This document shows, in pieces, positions 1 through 9,650 of a stretch of DNA of 64,000 bases. The notes under the pieces are model-generated. The model worked only from the letters and a program-made list of their open reading frames with translations, did no database searches and was not told where the DNA came from. Every line of letters begins with the position of its first letter. Positions within the stretch are counted from its first letter, which is position 1. This DNA is from Calditrichia bacterium (lineage in GTDB: Bacteria > Calditrichota > Calditrichia > JAJRVZ01): assembly GCA_963777955.1 (NCBI GenBank), contig CAVZSQ010000019.1, forward strand, positions 128,001 to 192,000, given 5' to 3'. The position numbers were made by a program, and so were the translations under genes.

Positions 1-1
1 G

Positions 2-1027
2 GAAATTCCGGAAGCACGGGTCAAAGCCATGCTCGAAGCGGTGCTGAAATCACCCCTTGTACCGAAAGTCGCCGGGATCATCGAGCAACGCCTGGGCCGG
101 AAACTTGAACCATTCGATATCTGGTACAACGGTTTCCGTCCCCGCGGAAAATATTCCGGAGCAGAACTCGACGCTATTGTCAGGAAAAAATATCCCACAG
201 CGGATGCTTATAAAGGTGATATGGTCAATATGTTATTGAAACTTGGTTTTACACCGGAACGGGCAGAATTTTTAGCCGGAGGTATCCTGGTGGATCCCGC
301 GCGGGGTTCCGGTCACGCCGCCGGGGCAGCCATGCGTTCGGCCAAAGCACATCTGCGTACACGCCTGGGCCAGGACGGTATGGATTATAAGGGATTTAAT
401 ATCGCGGTTCATGAAATGGGGCACAACGTGGAACAGACTATCACGCTTAACGATGTCGACCATTACCTTCTGAATGGAGTGCCCAATACGGCATTTACCG
501 AAGCAATAGCCTATGTATTTCAGACCCGTGATATGGACTTGCTAGGACTATCTGCCGCAGATACACAAGCCGAAGCGCTCAAAACACTGAACGAATTCTG
601 GATGACTTATGAAATCGCCGGCGTCTCGCTGCTGGACATGGAAATATGGCACTGGATGTACGATCATCCCAACGCAACTCCGGCCGAGTTGAAGTCGGCG
701 GTGTTGCAGATCGCCGGAGATATCTGGAATACCTATTATGCGCCTGTGTTCAAGAAAAAGGATGTCATTCTGTTAGCAGTCTACTCACATATCATTCATT
801 CATTTCTTTACCTTCCCGATTATGCCATCGGCCATCTGATCTCGCACCAGATTGAAGAGTATCTGCAAGGAAAAGAGAATATCGGGGTTGAACTCGAGCG
901 GATGCTGAAAATCGGCAGTGTCACACCCGATGTCTGGATGAAAAATGCCACCGGTTCAGCGGTCAGTGCCGAACCGTTGCTGCAGGCTACGGAGCGTGCT
1001 GTCAAGGAATATAAGCAGAATAATTAA
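2..1027 (+). CDS. Zinc metallopeptidase-like protein (gluzincin/M3-like), 5'-partial
   Basis: Reading frame open from the window start; HEMGH motif followed by a downstream Glu in NTAFTEA. Confidence 0.6.
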   Translation, partial: EIPEARVKAMLEAVLKSPLVPKVAGIIEQRLGRKLEPFDIWYNGFRPRGKYSGAELDAIVRKKYPTADAYKGDMVNMLLKLGFTPERAEFLAGGILVDPARGSGHAAGAAMRSAKAHLRTRLGQDGMDYKGFNIAVHEMGHNVEQTITLNDVDHYLLNGVPNTAFTEAIAYVFQTRDMDLLGLSAADTQAEALKTLNEFWMTYEIAGVSLLDMEIWHWMYDHPNATPAELKSAVLQIAGDIWNTYYAPVFKKKDVILLAVYSHIIHSFLYLPDYAIGHLISHQIEEYLQGKENIGVELERMLKIGSVTPDVWMKNATGSAVSAEPLLQATERAVKEYKQNN

Positions 1028-1040
1028 CCATAAATCAGAT

Positions 1041-1133
1041 CGTCCCACAGGGACAAGTGAGAATAGCCCGGCAATTTATTGCCGGGCTTAAAAAGCAGGA
1101 ACACATTACATTCATCCCTGCAGGGATGAATGT
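1041..1133. repeat. Cluster of REP-like palindromes
   Basis: GTCCCACAGGGAC; AGCCCGGCAAT-TT-ATTGCCGGGCT hairpin at 1065-1088; perfect 26-bp palindrome ACATTCATCCCTGCAGGGATGAATGT at 1108-1133. Confidence 0.75.
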
Positions 1134-1142
1134 GATTTCTGC

Positions 1143-1855
1143 TTATTTTCCTTTTAATAATTTTATACAAAGATCCTTTATGACCCTGATTTTTCAGAGG
1201 GATTATATTTTGAATCTTTATTAGTATTATAGTTTGACCAAATCACCTTCTTTGATTTTGTTTCAATCATGAAAATCCGTAACTGCAGCCCTGACCATTG
1301 AAAGTCATAGATATAAGGACGATCATAGAATAATTTAAAAGTCTCTGCCTGTAATCAGATCAAATCGTTTTGAATTTTCAGTAGTCCCAAAAGCAATAGC
1401 CTTCAATAAAAATGAAATGTCTGGATTTTACTTGATCGACCAACAGTTGCAGCTCGGGAGTTAAAGGAAATATTCGTTCTTCATTTTTTGATCTTTGGAG
1501 TGAATCAATAATTCGGTGGTAATTCTTTGTCGAGTTGACAAAATGTTTACTTAGCCAGTCATTTATGAATTTTGAGTCACACATATTAATTGCTGATTTG
1601 GATATAAAATTCCCCTCATTGATTGCTTCTTTTAAAACAGCAGCGACATTTATTGATGTTAACATACCGAAGGCATTATTTATTGTCCTGGTTTCACCAT
1701 TTATTATAGTATATTCAACATGAGGCAATATTATTGAGACCGTGTCAATATCAGATTTAATAGCATTAAAATTATTTTGTAAGCCATAACCTCTGGGTGA
1801 CAGCCTGAAAGCAGAGTGGCAAGTAAAAATAGTATAATAATATTTTTTTATTCAT
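1143..1855 (-). CDS. Hypothetical lipoprotein, broken by several frameshifts
   Basis: Correcting an A-run gives MNKKNIIILFLLATLLSGC (lipobox); ORF 1378-1728 is the middle piece; coding-like sequence continues to TAA at 1143; AT-rich. Confidence 0.45.
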
Positions 1856-1940
1856 ATTCAGAACCCGATTTATAACACATAAATGATTTATTTTGGGATT
1901 ATAAATACATTATTAATTACAATGTATATTTAGCCTTACT

Positions 1941-2280
1941 TTAATTTTGATCACTAGTTAAAAAAGGAACAGCCTCTTTAAAGAATTATCCGGTGCTTCA
2001 ACAAAAGCCCAGTGACCACAGTTTTTCAGAACAACTAACCTGGAATTGACTATACCTTTCTGCAGCAAATCTGAACCAATACTTGATAAAAGGGAAGCAT
2101 CACGTCAGGGCCAACCGCAATGAGGGTTGGAACCTTTATATTCCCAAGATCATCTCTGATGTCATAAGTAGTATATTCATGCTGTTCAAAATATTGTGGT
2201 GGCTTGGCTGATACGATGATATGGTCCAATATCTTATCGAAATTTTCTACTGCATTTGAATAATTGTTTCAAATGAAAAA
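1941..2280 (-). pseudogene. C-terminal remnant of an alpha/beta-hydrolase
   Basis: Hand translation gives DIRDDLGNIKVPTLIAVG...LVVLKNCGHWAFVEAP; no N-terminal half; 5' end is cut at the REP cluster near 2300. Confidence 0.55.
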
Positions 2281-2328
2281 ACCGATGATCAATGCATCGA
2301 GTCGCTGAGTATTGCAGCGACTGGCTCT

Positions 2329-2402
2329 CCGCAACTCAAGAGTTGCGGCTACCAATCAGTAATCACCAGAATAAACTGCGTAACCTAAAGGTTACGACTA
2401 CC
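2329..2402 (-). repeat. Two GTAG-family REP hairpins
   Basis: Minus strand TGGTAGCCGCAACTCTTGAGTTGCGG and TGGTAGTCGTAACCTTTAGGTTACG. Confidence 0.75.
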
Positions 2403-2427
2403 AAATTATTTTGACCTCGAAGGTGAT

Positions 2428-2480
2428 CTTTTGCCTCTGTGCCTTTTGCCCTATTTCTTTAATCTTTAATCTTATTTCTT
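2428..2480 (+). repeat. Degenerate pyrimidine-rich heptamer tandem repeat
   Basis: 7-bp periodic units such as CTTTTGC, TCTTTAA, TCTTATT. Confidence 0.6.
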
Positions 2481-3157
2481 ATCCACTCCTCGGCCCAAAC
2501 AAAATCGTCCCCAATCTGATCATATTAGCCCCTTCTTCGATGGCGATTTTGATAACTGTCGCTCATACCCATGGATAGATATCGCATCTGCACTTGCGGA
2601 TGATTGATCCTGGCTAACTGTTCAAAAATTAATCGCGTCTCTTTGAAACAGGGCCGCAAGGCTGCGGGATCGTCCAGGAACGGTCCCATGGTCATCAGTC
2701 CCTGTATTTGCAAATTTGGCAGCGGGAGAATCTGTTCGACAACCTCCTGCACTTTCTCTGGAAACAACCCGGTTTTATTTTCTTCACGGCCGCTGTTTAT
2801 TTCAATTAATACCGGCATTTTTATTTTTGCTGCGGCACATTCTGCGTTTAACGCTTCCGCCAGCACTAACGAATCCAGCGTTTGGATCATATCAAACAAG
2901 CGCACAGCTTTCTTAATTTTGTTTTTCTGCAGATGTCCGATCAGGTGCCATTGTACTTCCCGACCGATCACATTCTGCCTTTGCTCCGTTTCCTGTACAT
3001 AATTATATCCAAGGATCTTAATGCCGGCTTTAATAGCCGCCTGCACTTCTTCCACTGTTCTGGTCTTGGCCGCTGCGACCAGAATTACTCCGGCCGGAAG
3101 TGACTTGATAATACCTTCAATTCGGGTTTCGATATTTACATGATTCGAATTCATCAT
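2479..3157 (-). CDS. yggS: PLP homeostasis protein YggS; one frameshift near the C-terminus
   Basis: WHLIGHLQKNK, GLMTMGP and LSMGMSDSY motifs; shifted frame continues IAIEEGANMIRLGTILFGPRSG to TAA at 2479. Confidence 0.9.
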
Positions 3158-3243
3158 TATTATTTTAAAATTAATTTCTTTAATAGTATAACCGTCATGT
3201 TACAATATATCAATATTTTTCTCGAATTGATTTCTACAAATTG

Positions 3244-3317
3244 GCCGCAACTCAAGAGTTGCGGCTACCAATACGTTACTTCCATATTTCCCCGCGATCT
3301 GATGATCGCGGCTACCA
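3244..3317 (-). repeat. Two GTAG-family REP hairpins
   Basis: GCCGCAACTCAAGAGTTGCGGCTACCA (same core as the copy at 2329) and CCGCGATCTGATGATCGCGGCTACCA. Confidence 0.75.
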
Positions 3318-3360
3318 ATTTTGTTGCGCTCCGGCATTATGAAACTTCTTTGGGGACTCT

Positions 3361-3417
3361 TTTCCCCTTACCCTTTGCCCCTTACCCTTATCCCTTTGTC
3401 CCTTTGTCCCTCTTTAA
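3361..3417 (+). repeat. Degenerate pyrimidine-rich short tandem repeat
   Basis: CCCCTTA/CCCTTTG-like units of about 7 bp. Confidence 0.55.
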
Positions 3418-3419
3418 TA

Positions 3420-3448
3420 TTGACTACAGAAACAGGTGTGGTTAAATT
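3420..3448 (+). promoter_or_regulatory. Putative sigma70 promoter for tRNA-Ala/ffs
   Basis: TTGACT-17 bp-TAAATT ending 12 bp upstream of the tRNA. Confidence 0.55.
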
Positions 3449-3460
3449 GATATTACTAAC

Positions 3461-3536
3461 GGGGCTGTAGCTCAGCTGGGAGAGCGGTACGTTCGCAACG
3501 TACAGGTCAGCGGTTCGATCCCGCTCAGCTCCACCA
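3461..3536 (+). tRNA. tRNA-Ala (anticodon CGC)
   Basis: GGGGCTGTAGCTCAGCTGGGAGAGCG; anticodon arm GTACG-TTCGCAA-CGTAC; GGTTCGATCC T-loop; G3:U70 pair; encoded CCA. Confidence 0.97.
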
Positions 3537-3631
3537 GCCAGGTCCCACGCAATAATACTTCACCCAACCCCGCCAGGTCCGGAAGGAAGCAACGGTCAGT
3601 GAATGCATTATGTGCCGTGGGTTAACCTGGC
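3537..3631 (+). ncRNA. ffs: Signal recognition particle RNA (small 4.5S type)
   Basis: Conserved CAGGTCCGGAAGGAAGCAAC helix-8 motif; GCCAGGT/ACCTGGC terminal stem followed by a T-run; classic position upstream of dnaX. Confidence 0.93.
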
Positions 3632-3730
3632 TTTTTATTTACCATAAATTTATAAAGATATTAATGAAATTTTTTGTATATTTCTACAATATGAAAAACA
3701 TGCAAACTGACAACAGCAAAATGAAGCGAT

Positions 3731-3771
3731 TCTTTTGTCTTTTGTCTTTTGTCTTTAATCTTTAATCTTAA
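3731..3771 (+). repeat. Heptamer tandem repeat
   Basis: (TCTTTTG)3(TCTTTAA)2TCTTAA just upstream of dnaX. Confidence 0.75.
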
Positions 3772-3777
3772 CTTGAT

Positions 3778-5412
3778 ATGACCTACATAGTTTTAGCGCG
3801 CCGCTGGCGTCCACAGCAATTCAACGAACTCATCGGTCAGGAACATGTTTCCAAAACGCTGGCCAATGCCATTGAAACCGGCCGTATTGCTCATTCTTAT
3901 ATCTTTGCCGGACCGCGCGGTATCGGGAAAACCACCACCGCCCGCATCCTGGCCAAAGCCCTGAACTGTGAAAAGGGGCCGACTCCCACTCCGTGCGACG
4001 CTTGCAGTCCCTGCCAGTCTATTATCAAAGGAAATTCACTGGATGTGCTGGAAATCGACGGCGCCTCCAATCGCGGTATAGATGAAATACGAAACCTGCG
4101 CGAGAATATACGTTTCACCCCCAGCCAGGGCAAATACCGGATTTATATAATCGATGAAGTGCACATGCTGACCAAGGAAGCGTTTAATGCCCTGCTTAAA
4201 ACGCTGGAAGAACCACCCAAACATGCCATTTTTATTTTTGCCACGACCGAAATCTTCCGTGTACCGGCTACCATCCTGTCACGCTGTCAGCGCTTTGATT
4301 TTAAACGCATTGCCATAAACACCATAATTGATCAATTGCAACGTATTTGCGCTGCAGAAAATATCCAGGTCGAAGCCGACGCTTTGTTACAAATTGCCAA
4401 AAAGGCCGATGGCTCGATGCGCGATGCGCAGAGTATTCTGGATCAGATCATCTCCTATTCCGGTGAACAGATCAGCAGCGCCCAGGTCAGTACCGCCCTG
4501 GGAATTATTAACCAGGAACTCTATTTCAAGTTCACCGAGAAAATACGCCAGCGCGATATCAATGCCCTGCTGCTGCTTTGCCAGCAGGTCAATAGCGAAG
4601 GGTATGATCTGGGAGAATTCCTGGCCGGCTTCGAAGAACACTTTCGTAATTTGCTGGTTGCCAAATCGCTGCGCAGTATGGAACTGATCCACGTAGCCGA
4701 GCATTATCACCAGCAATATCTGCAGGAAAGCCAGAATTTTGATATTTCCGATCTGTTGATGTATTTACAGATTATCGCTGAAATGCAGAAAGATCTCAAA
4801 TGGACTATACAACCGTACCTGAAATTCGAATTAGGTATGCTCAAGATGGCTCAATCACCATCTACCCTGGACATAGAAAAACTGCTGGATAAATTAAATC
4901 TGCTCAAAAAAAAAGCTGATCCACCCAAATCTGCTGGCCACAATGTATCCCCAACCACGGTTTCGGTCCCGGTCCCCCCTGCTGGGCTGAAAGCGGAGGA
5001 ACCTGTCTCTTTTAATTTTTCGTTGGCCGGTATTCAACAGGTCTGGCCGCAATTGGTCGACAAATTTCGCCTGACCAAGGTGAATTTAGGGACTGCCCTG
5101 GAATTCGGTACACCGGATAAGCTGGAGGATTCAATTCTGACGGTACGCTATGACCGTATCGATTCCTTTCACCATACCTGGTTAAATAAGAACAAGAAGC
5201 ATGTGGAAGATGCGCTGGGCAATATTTTTAAACAATCTGTCCATATCGAAACCCAGCTGCAGAATAATCCTGAAGCACAACCCAGAAAATCTGCGACGGC
5301 GATAAACGAAGATAAAAAAGATCTGCATAAGTTGATGAAAGAAGACGAGTTGCTGAATAAATTGATCAATGATCTGGGACTCGAACTAACCCGGGGAGGA
5401 AATAATTCGTGA
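3778..5412 (+). CDS. dnaX: DNA polymerase III subunit gamma/tau
   Basis: LARRWRP, Walker A GPRGIGKT, Zn-binding cysteines, IIDEVHML, SRC motif. Confidence 0.97.
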   Translation: MTYIVLARRWRPQQFNELIGQEHVSKTLANAIETGRIAHSYIFAGPRGIGKTTTARILAKALNCEKGPTPTPCDACSPCQSIIKGNSLDVLEIDGASNRGIDEIRNLRENIRFTPSQGKYRIYIIDEVHMLTKEAFNALLKTLEEPPKHAIFIFATTEIFRVPATILSRCQRFDFKRIAINTIIDQLQRICAAENIQVEADALLQIAKKADGSMRDAQSILDQIISYSGEQISSAQVSTALGIINQELYFKFTEKIRQRDINALLLLCQQVNSEGYDLGEFLAGFEEHFRNLLVAKSLRSMELIHVAEHYHQQYLQESQNFDISDLLMYLQIIAEMQKDLKWTIQPYLKFELGMLKMAQSPSTLDIEKLLDKLNLLKKKADPPKSAGHNVSPTTVSVPVPPAGLKAEEPVSFNFSLAGIQQVWPQLVDKFRLTKVNLGTALEFGTPDKLEDSILTVRYDRIDSFHHTWLNKNKKHVEDALGNIFKQSVHIETQLQNNPEAQPRKSATAINEDKKDLHKLMKEDELLNKLINDLGLELTRGGNNS

Positions 5413-5750
5413 AACCAAATATGAGCGCGATCTTGAAACAGGCCCAGAAAGTCCAGGAAGAAATGCAGAAGGCACAGGAGAATCTTGAAAATATTACAGT
5501 CGAAGGCAGCGCCGGCGGAGGCATGGTCAAGGTTGTGATCAATTGTAAATATCGCATTCAATCAATCAGCATCGATCCGGAAGTAATCAAGGTTGACGAT
5601 AAAGAAATGCTGGAGGATCTGGTTGTAGCCGCCGTTAATCAGGCCATTTCCATAGCCCAGCAAAAATCCAATGAAGAAATGGAAAAAATCACCGGCGGTC
5701 TGCTGGGGGGAATGAATTTACCGGGTGGTATGAAATTTCCGGGATTATAA
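5409..5750 (+). CDS. ybaB: YbaB/EbfC nucleoid-associated protein
   Basis: GSAGGGMVKV and EMLEDLVVAAVN motifs; dnaX-ybaB-recR synteny. Confidence 0.95.
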   Translation: MKPNMSAILKQAQKVQEEMQKAQENLENITVEGSAGGGMVKVVINCKYRIQSISIDPEVIKVDDKEMLEDLVVAAVNQAISIAQQKSNEEMEKITGGLLGGMNLPGGMKFPGL

Positions 5751-5754
5751 AGTT

Positions 5755-6357
5755 ATGGCCAACACCATTTCCCCTGCCCTGGAAAATCTGATTAATCAAT
5801 TACATCAGTTGCCCGGAATTGGCCGTAAAACGGCACAACGCCTGGCTATATTTCTTTTACGCAGCCCGCAAGAATACAGTTATGAGCTGGCCACAGCTAT
5901 CACCCGCGTAAAAAAAGAGATTAAGTTTTGTGGAACATGTTTTAATATCACCGAAACTGAATTATGCAGTATCTGCTCCGATCCCCGGCGTGAGACCTCC
6001 ACCATTTGTGTGGTGGAAGATATTGTTGACATCATGGCTATTGAAAAGAGTAATGAATATCGCGGACAGTATCATGTCCTGGGGGGTGTGATTTCTCCGC
6101 TGGCCGGTATTTCGGCCGAAGATTTGAAGATCAGGGAATTGCTGCGGCGGACCGACAACGAGTCCGTCAAAGAAATCGTACTGGCCCTCAATCCCAGTAC
6201 CGAGGGCGAAGCGACCATGATTTATTTATCCAAACTGCTGAAACCCCTTGGCAAAACTATAACCCGCATTGCCTCCGGTATCCCGCTGGGCTCCCACCTG
6301 GAATTCATCGACGATGCCACCATCGGCCGCGCAATTTTAAGTCGCCGCGAATTATAA
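5755..6357 (+). CDS. recR: Recombination mediator RecR
   Basis: LPGIGRKTAQRLA HhH, C4 zinc finger, TOPRIM YHVLGG. Confidence 0.97.
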   Translation: MANTISPALENLINQLHQLPGIGRKTAQRLAIFLLRSPQEYSYELATAITRVKKEIKFCGTCFNITETELCSICSDPRRETSTICVVEDIVDIMAIEKSNEYRGQYHVLGGVISPLAGISAEDLKIRELLRRTDNESVKEIVLALNPSTEGEATMIYLSKLLKPLGKTITRIASGIPLGSHLEFIDDATIGRAILSRREL

Positions 6358-7050
6358 GTTCACCGATTCTTCCACCGCTTTTTCAATTAAACGCTGAGAT
6401 TCATCTTCTCCCAGGAACCGGTCAATCAGATTATGTCCCAGGTAAATCAACGGTGTTAACAATACTGCGATTAAAAATTTGTAGGAATAATTGGTTGCTG
6501 CCACTGTAATGAAATCCTGCGTCTGTATCTTACCCGGCAGCCAGAAGGCGATGGCAATGATAACAAAACTATCGATAAATTGAGATACAGCCGTACTGCC
6601 GGTGGCCCGCAACCAGAGCATGCGTCCCTGTGTCTTCGCCCGGAATATCCAGAAAATAACCACATCAACCAGTTGACTGATCATGAAGGCGGTCAGACTG
6701 CCGACGATGATCCACAGCGATTGACCGAACACGGCTCTAAACTGTTCATTATTCACCGGAGAAAAATCCGCTGCCGGTATCTGGATAGCCACATAAAGCA
6801 GAGCAAAAGCATAAACAATCAGGATCGCGGTCAGGAAAGTCAGCCGGCGTACACCGTTGCGGCCGAAATATTCATTGATCAGATCGGTGGTGATAAATAC
6901 AACCGGCCAGGGAATTACTCCCATACTCATGGCAAATGGTCCCAGCTGGATAAGTTTCCCGCCGATCAATTCACCCAGGATGGCATTGGCCACAAAAATC
7001 CCACCCAGTACTATAAATACTATTTCACGTTTGGAAAAAGACTTTAGCAT
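6352..7050 (-). CDS. Queuosine precursor transporter (VUT/YhhQ family)
   Basis: Multi-TM protein with TDLINEYFG, SQLVD and WLRATGSTAVSQFIDS signatures. Confidence 0.85.
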   Translation of the reverse strand: MLKSFSKREIVFIVLGGIFVANAILGELIGGKLIQLGPFAMSMGVIPWPVVFITTDLINEYFGRNGVRRLTFLTAILIVYAFALLYVAIQIPAADFSPVNNEQFRAVFGQSLWIIVGSLTAFMISQLVDVVIFWIFRAKTQGRMLWLRATGSTAVSQFIDSFVIIAIAFWLPGKIQTQDFITVAATNYSYKFLIAVLLTPLIYLGHNLIDRFLGEDESQRLIEKAVEESVNL

Positions 7051-7175
7051 GTCTGTTTAAGTCCTACCGTTAAAACAATGGGAATATAAACATTTTTTTT
7101 ATTCATTAATTCCAATATTTTATTTTCATCAACTATTTACCTATCCCCTATTGGGCTTTTTTAAAAGTGTTGATT

Positions 7176-7274
7176 TGTCATTCCTCATCCCGATTCTTGG
7201 GATGAGGAATCATTTTTTTAAAATAAATATAGATTTTTCCTCGTCCGGCAACAACCGGACTCATCAGGATGACA
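7176..7274. repeat. Palindromic element bounded by TGTCAT...ATGACA
   Basis: Internal 12-bp stem ATTCCTCATCCC/GGGATGAGGAAT and a GTCCGG/CCGGAC stem. Confidence 0.55.
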
Positions 7275-7298
7275 CTTTGGGTACAGATTCTGAGGAGA

Positions 7299-8332
7299 CT
7301 AAAATAAGAAGCAATTTATTTCGTAACTGAGTTCTGATAAATAATATACCAGTGCCGACATGGCCGCCGAAGCCGGTATAGTCAATATCCAGGCGGTTAC
7401 TATTTTACCGGCTATACCCCAGCGTACAGCCGAAAGCCGGCGGGTTGCCCCGACCCCCATGATTGCCCCGGCAATGGTATGGGTAGTACTGACCGGAATA
7501 CCAAATAGTGCAGTACCCAGTAATACTATCGAACCGCCGGTTTCAGCACAAAAACCACCGATGGGTTTTAAATGGGTTAATTTCACCCAAGCGTATGAAT
7601 GACCCGCCAGCCGCCAGTGAGCGTTCCCAGACCGATAGCCGAATAGGCCGCCATTACCACCCACCAGGGAATATAGAAACCGAGCGATTTGTCATAGAAC
7701 CACTTGGGCAGATCGATATTACTGGAGAACAATAAAATTGCAATAATGCCCATTGTTTTCTGGGCATCATTAGTACCATGCCCCAGACTGTAGCATGCCG
7801 AAGAGAATAACTGGCCGATCCGGAAGACACGGTCAACCTTGCGGTTCGTCCAGGAACGGAAAATCCACATTACCGCAATCATTAATATAAAAGATATAAT
7901 CAGGCCGACTAGCAGGTGATAAAACATATAAATATCGATACTTTTAACAATCCTGTCCAGATCAGAGACTCTGTTCCTGCTTTTACCAGTGCGGCTCCCA
8001 CCAAGCCACCGATTAAAGAATGGGATACACTGATTGGCAAACCATAATGGGTGCACAGATATGTCCAGATGATTGCTCCGAAACAATGCGGCAAAAATTA
8101 ATTGTTGGTTGACGATACTCGGATCAATAATTCCCTTACCGATGGTCGTGGCCACGGCTAAACCAAAAATAAAAGCCGCCGCAAAATTAAAGAAAGCAGC
8201 CCACAAAACAGCCAGGCGCGGAGTAAGTACACGGGTAGAAACAACAGTGGCAATGGCATTGGCGGCATCATTCATGCCATTTAAAAAATCAAAGAGTAAT
8301 GCAACCAGGACAAGGATCAGGATTATTGCCAT
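7299..8332 (-). CDS. Inorganic phosphate transporter (PiT family), second copy; frameshifted
   Basis: NGMNDAANAIATVVSTR, GHGTNDAQKTMG and GIPVSTTHTI motifs split across frames. Confidence 0.85.
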
Positions 8333-8432
8333 GATTCTTTCTCCTGCAATTCCCGAGTGTGAGTTTAGTCGTGGTATTAGTAAATTCCTGCTTAATATTC
8401 CTGTTAAAAAATTATTCGGTGGTTACCAGTTA

Positions 8433-8486
8433 ATTATAGCAATACCTGGTTAAAGATATGTTAAGATTATGTTAAGATTTTGTGAA
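8433..8486 (-). promoter_or_regulatory. Pho-box-like promoter of the second PiT gene
   Basis: Minus strand TTCACA-N5-TTAACA-N5-TTAACA-N5-TTAACC (exact 11-bp period), then TATAAT 9 bp downstream. Confidence 0.8.
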
Positions 8487-8606
8487 ATTAATGATCCATC
8501 CCCCTGATCCCTTTCCCCGGTGCCCCATACGCTTGTGCAGAGTATTACAGATGCAAGTCGAAAGAATAAAGCCAGGGGACTAATGGAGGAATGGTTCGGA
8601 TGAATC

Positions 8607-9623
8607 TTATTTACGTAAAATAGTTCTGTTATGTAATAAATTAGCGCAGCAAAAGCGGCAGAAACAGGCAGTGTTAATACCCAGGCGGCTACAATTTTGC
8701 CGGCAATTCCCCAGCGGACTGCTGATAAACGGCGGGTAGCCCCGACACCCATAATGGCCCCGGCAATGGTGTGCGTGGTACTGACGGGAATTCCCATTAA
8801 TGCAGTACTGATCAGGACGATTGACCCCCCGGTCTCGGCGCAGAATCCGCCCATCGGTTTAAGATGAGTCAACTTCATGCCCATGGTACGGATGACATTC
8901 CATCCCCCCAGTCATGGTTCCCAGACTGATCGCGCCGTAGGCGGTTAAAATGACCCAAATGGGGATATAAAATCCCTGTGACTTGTCATACATCCACGGG
9001 GGTATATCGACCGTGCTGGTAAACATCAGGATAACCATGATACCCATTGTTTTCTGGGCGTCGTTCGTTCCATGTCCAAGACTGTACAAAGCCGATGAGA
9101 CCAACTGGCCAATCCTGAAAACATGGTCGACCTTTTTATTTGACCAATCCCTGAACAACCAATTCACCATTATCATCAACAGTAAGGCCAGCACCAGGCC
9201 GAGTGCCGGTGATAAGAAAATAAAAATGACTGTTTTATATATACCGCTCATAATCAGGGATTCACTGCCAGTTTTTATCAGAGCAGCCCCGATTAAGCCC
9301 CCGATCAGCGCATGAGATACGCTGATCGGCATACCGTACTGCGTGCATAGATGCGTCCAGATTATAGCACTGAGCAGCGCCGAAAAAATCAGGGTATTGG
9401 AAACCACTTTAGGGTCGACGATTCCTTTACCGATTGTAGTGGCCACGGCATATCCGAATAAAAAGGCCGCAATAAAATTGAACATGGCTGACCACAGCAC
9501 GGCCTTTTTAGGCGTTAATACTCTGGTCGATACGACCGTGGCAATCGCATTGGCGGCATCATTCATACCATTAAGAAAATTAAACAGCAGGGCTATAAAG
9601 AGAAGGATCAGGATGATAGTCAT
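8607..9623 (-). CDS. Inorganic phosphate transporter (PiT family), first copy; frameshifted
   Basis: Same PiT motifs; frame break at the C-run near 8905; probable true stop near 8607. Confidence 0.87.
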
Positions 9624-9650
9624 ACTTTTCCCGGAACCAGTACCGATACC

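Noticed and set aside
2329..3317. Repeated 26-bp palindromic units as a CRISPR array
   Set aside because: Units are dispersed in pairs around yggS, lack regular spacers and have no cas genes; the GTAG-hairpin form fits REPs
3461..3536. tRNA as an integration site for a genomic island
   Set aside because: No integrase, and no duplicated tRNA 3' end noticed in the window; ffs-dnaX follows directly
7051..7170. preQ1 riboswitch upstream of the queuosine-precursor transporter
   Set aside because: No recognisable aptamer stem-loop by eye; an Rfam search would be needed to exclude it fully
8450..8606. Long C-terminal extension of the first PiT ORF
   Set aside because: It runs through the Pho-box promoter and has no counterpart in the paralogue; one missing T would restore a stop near 8607
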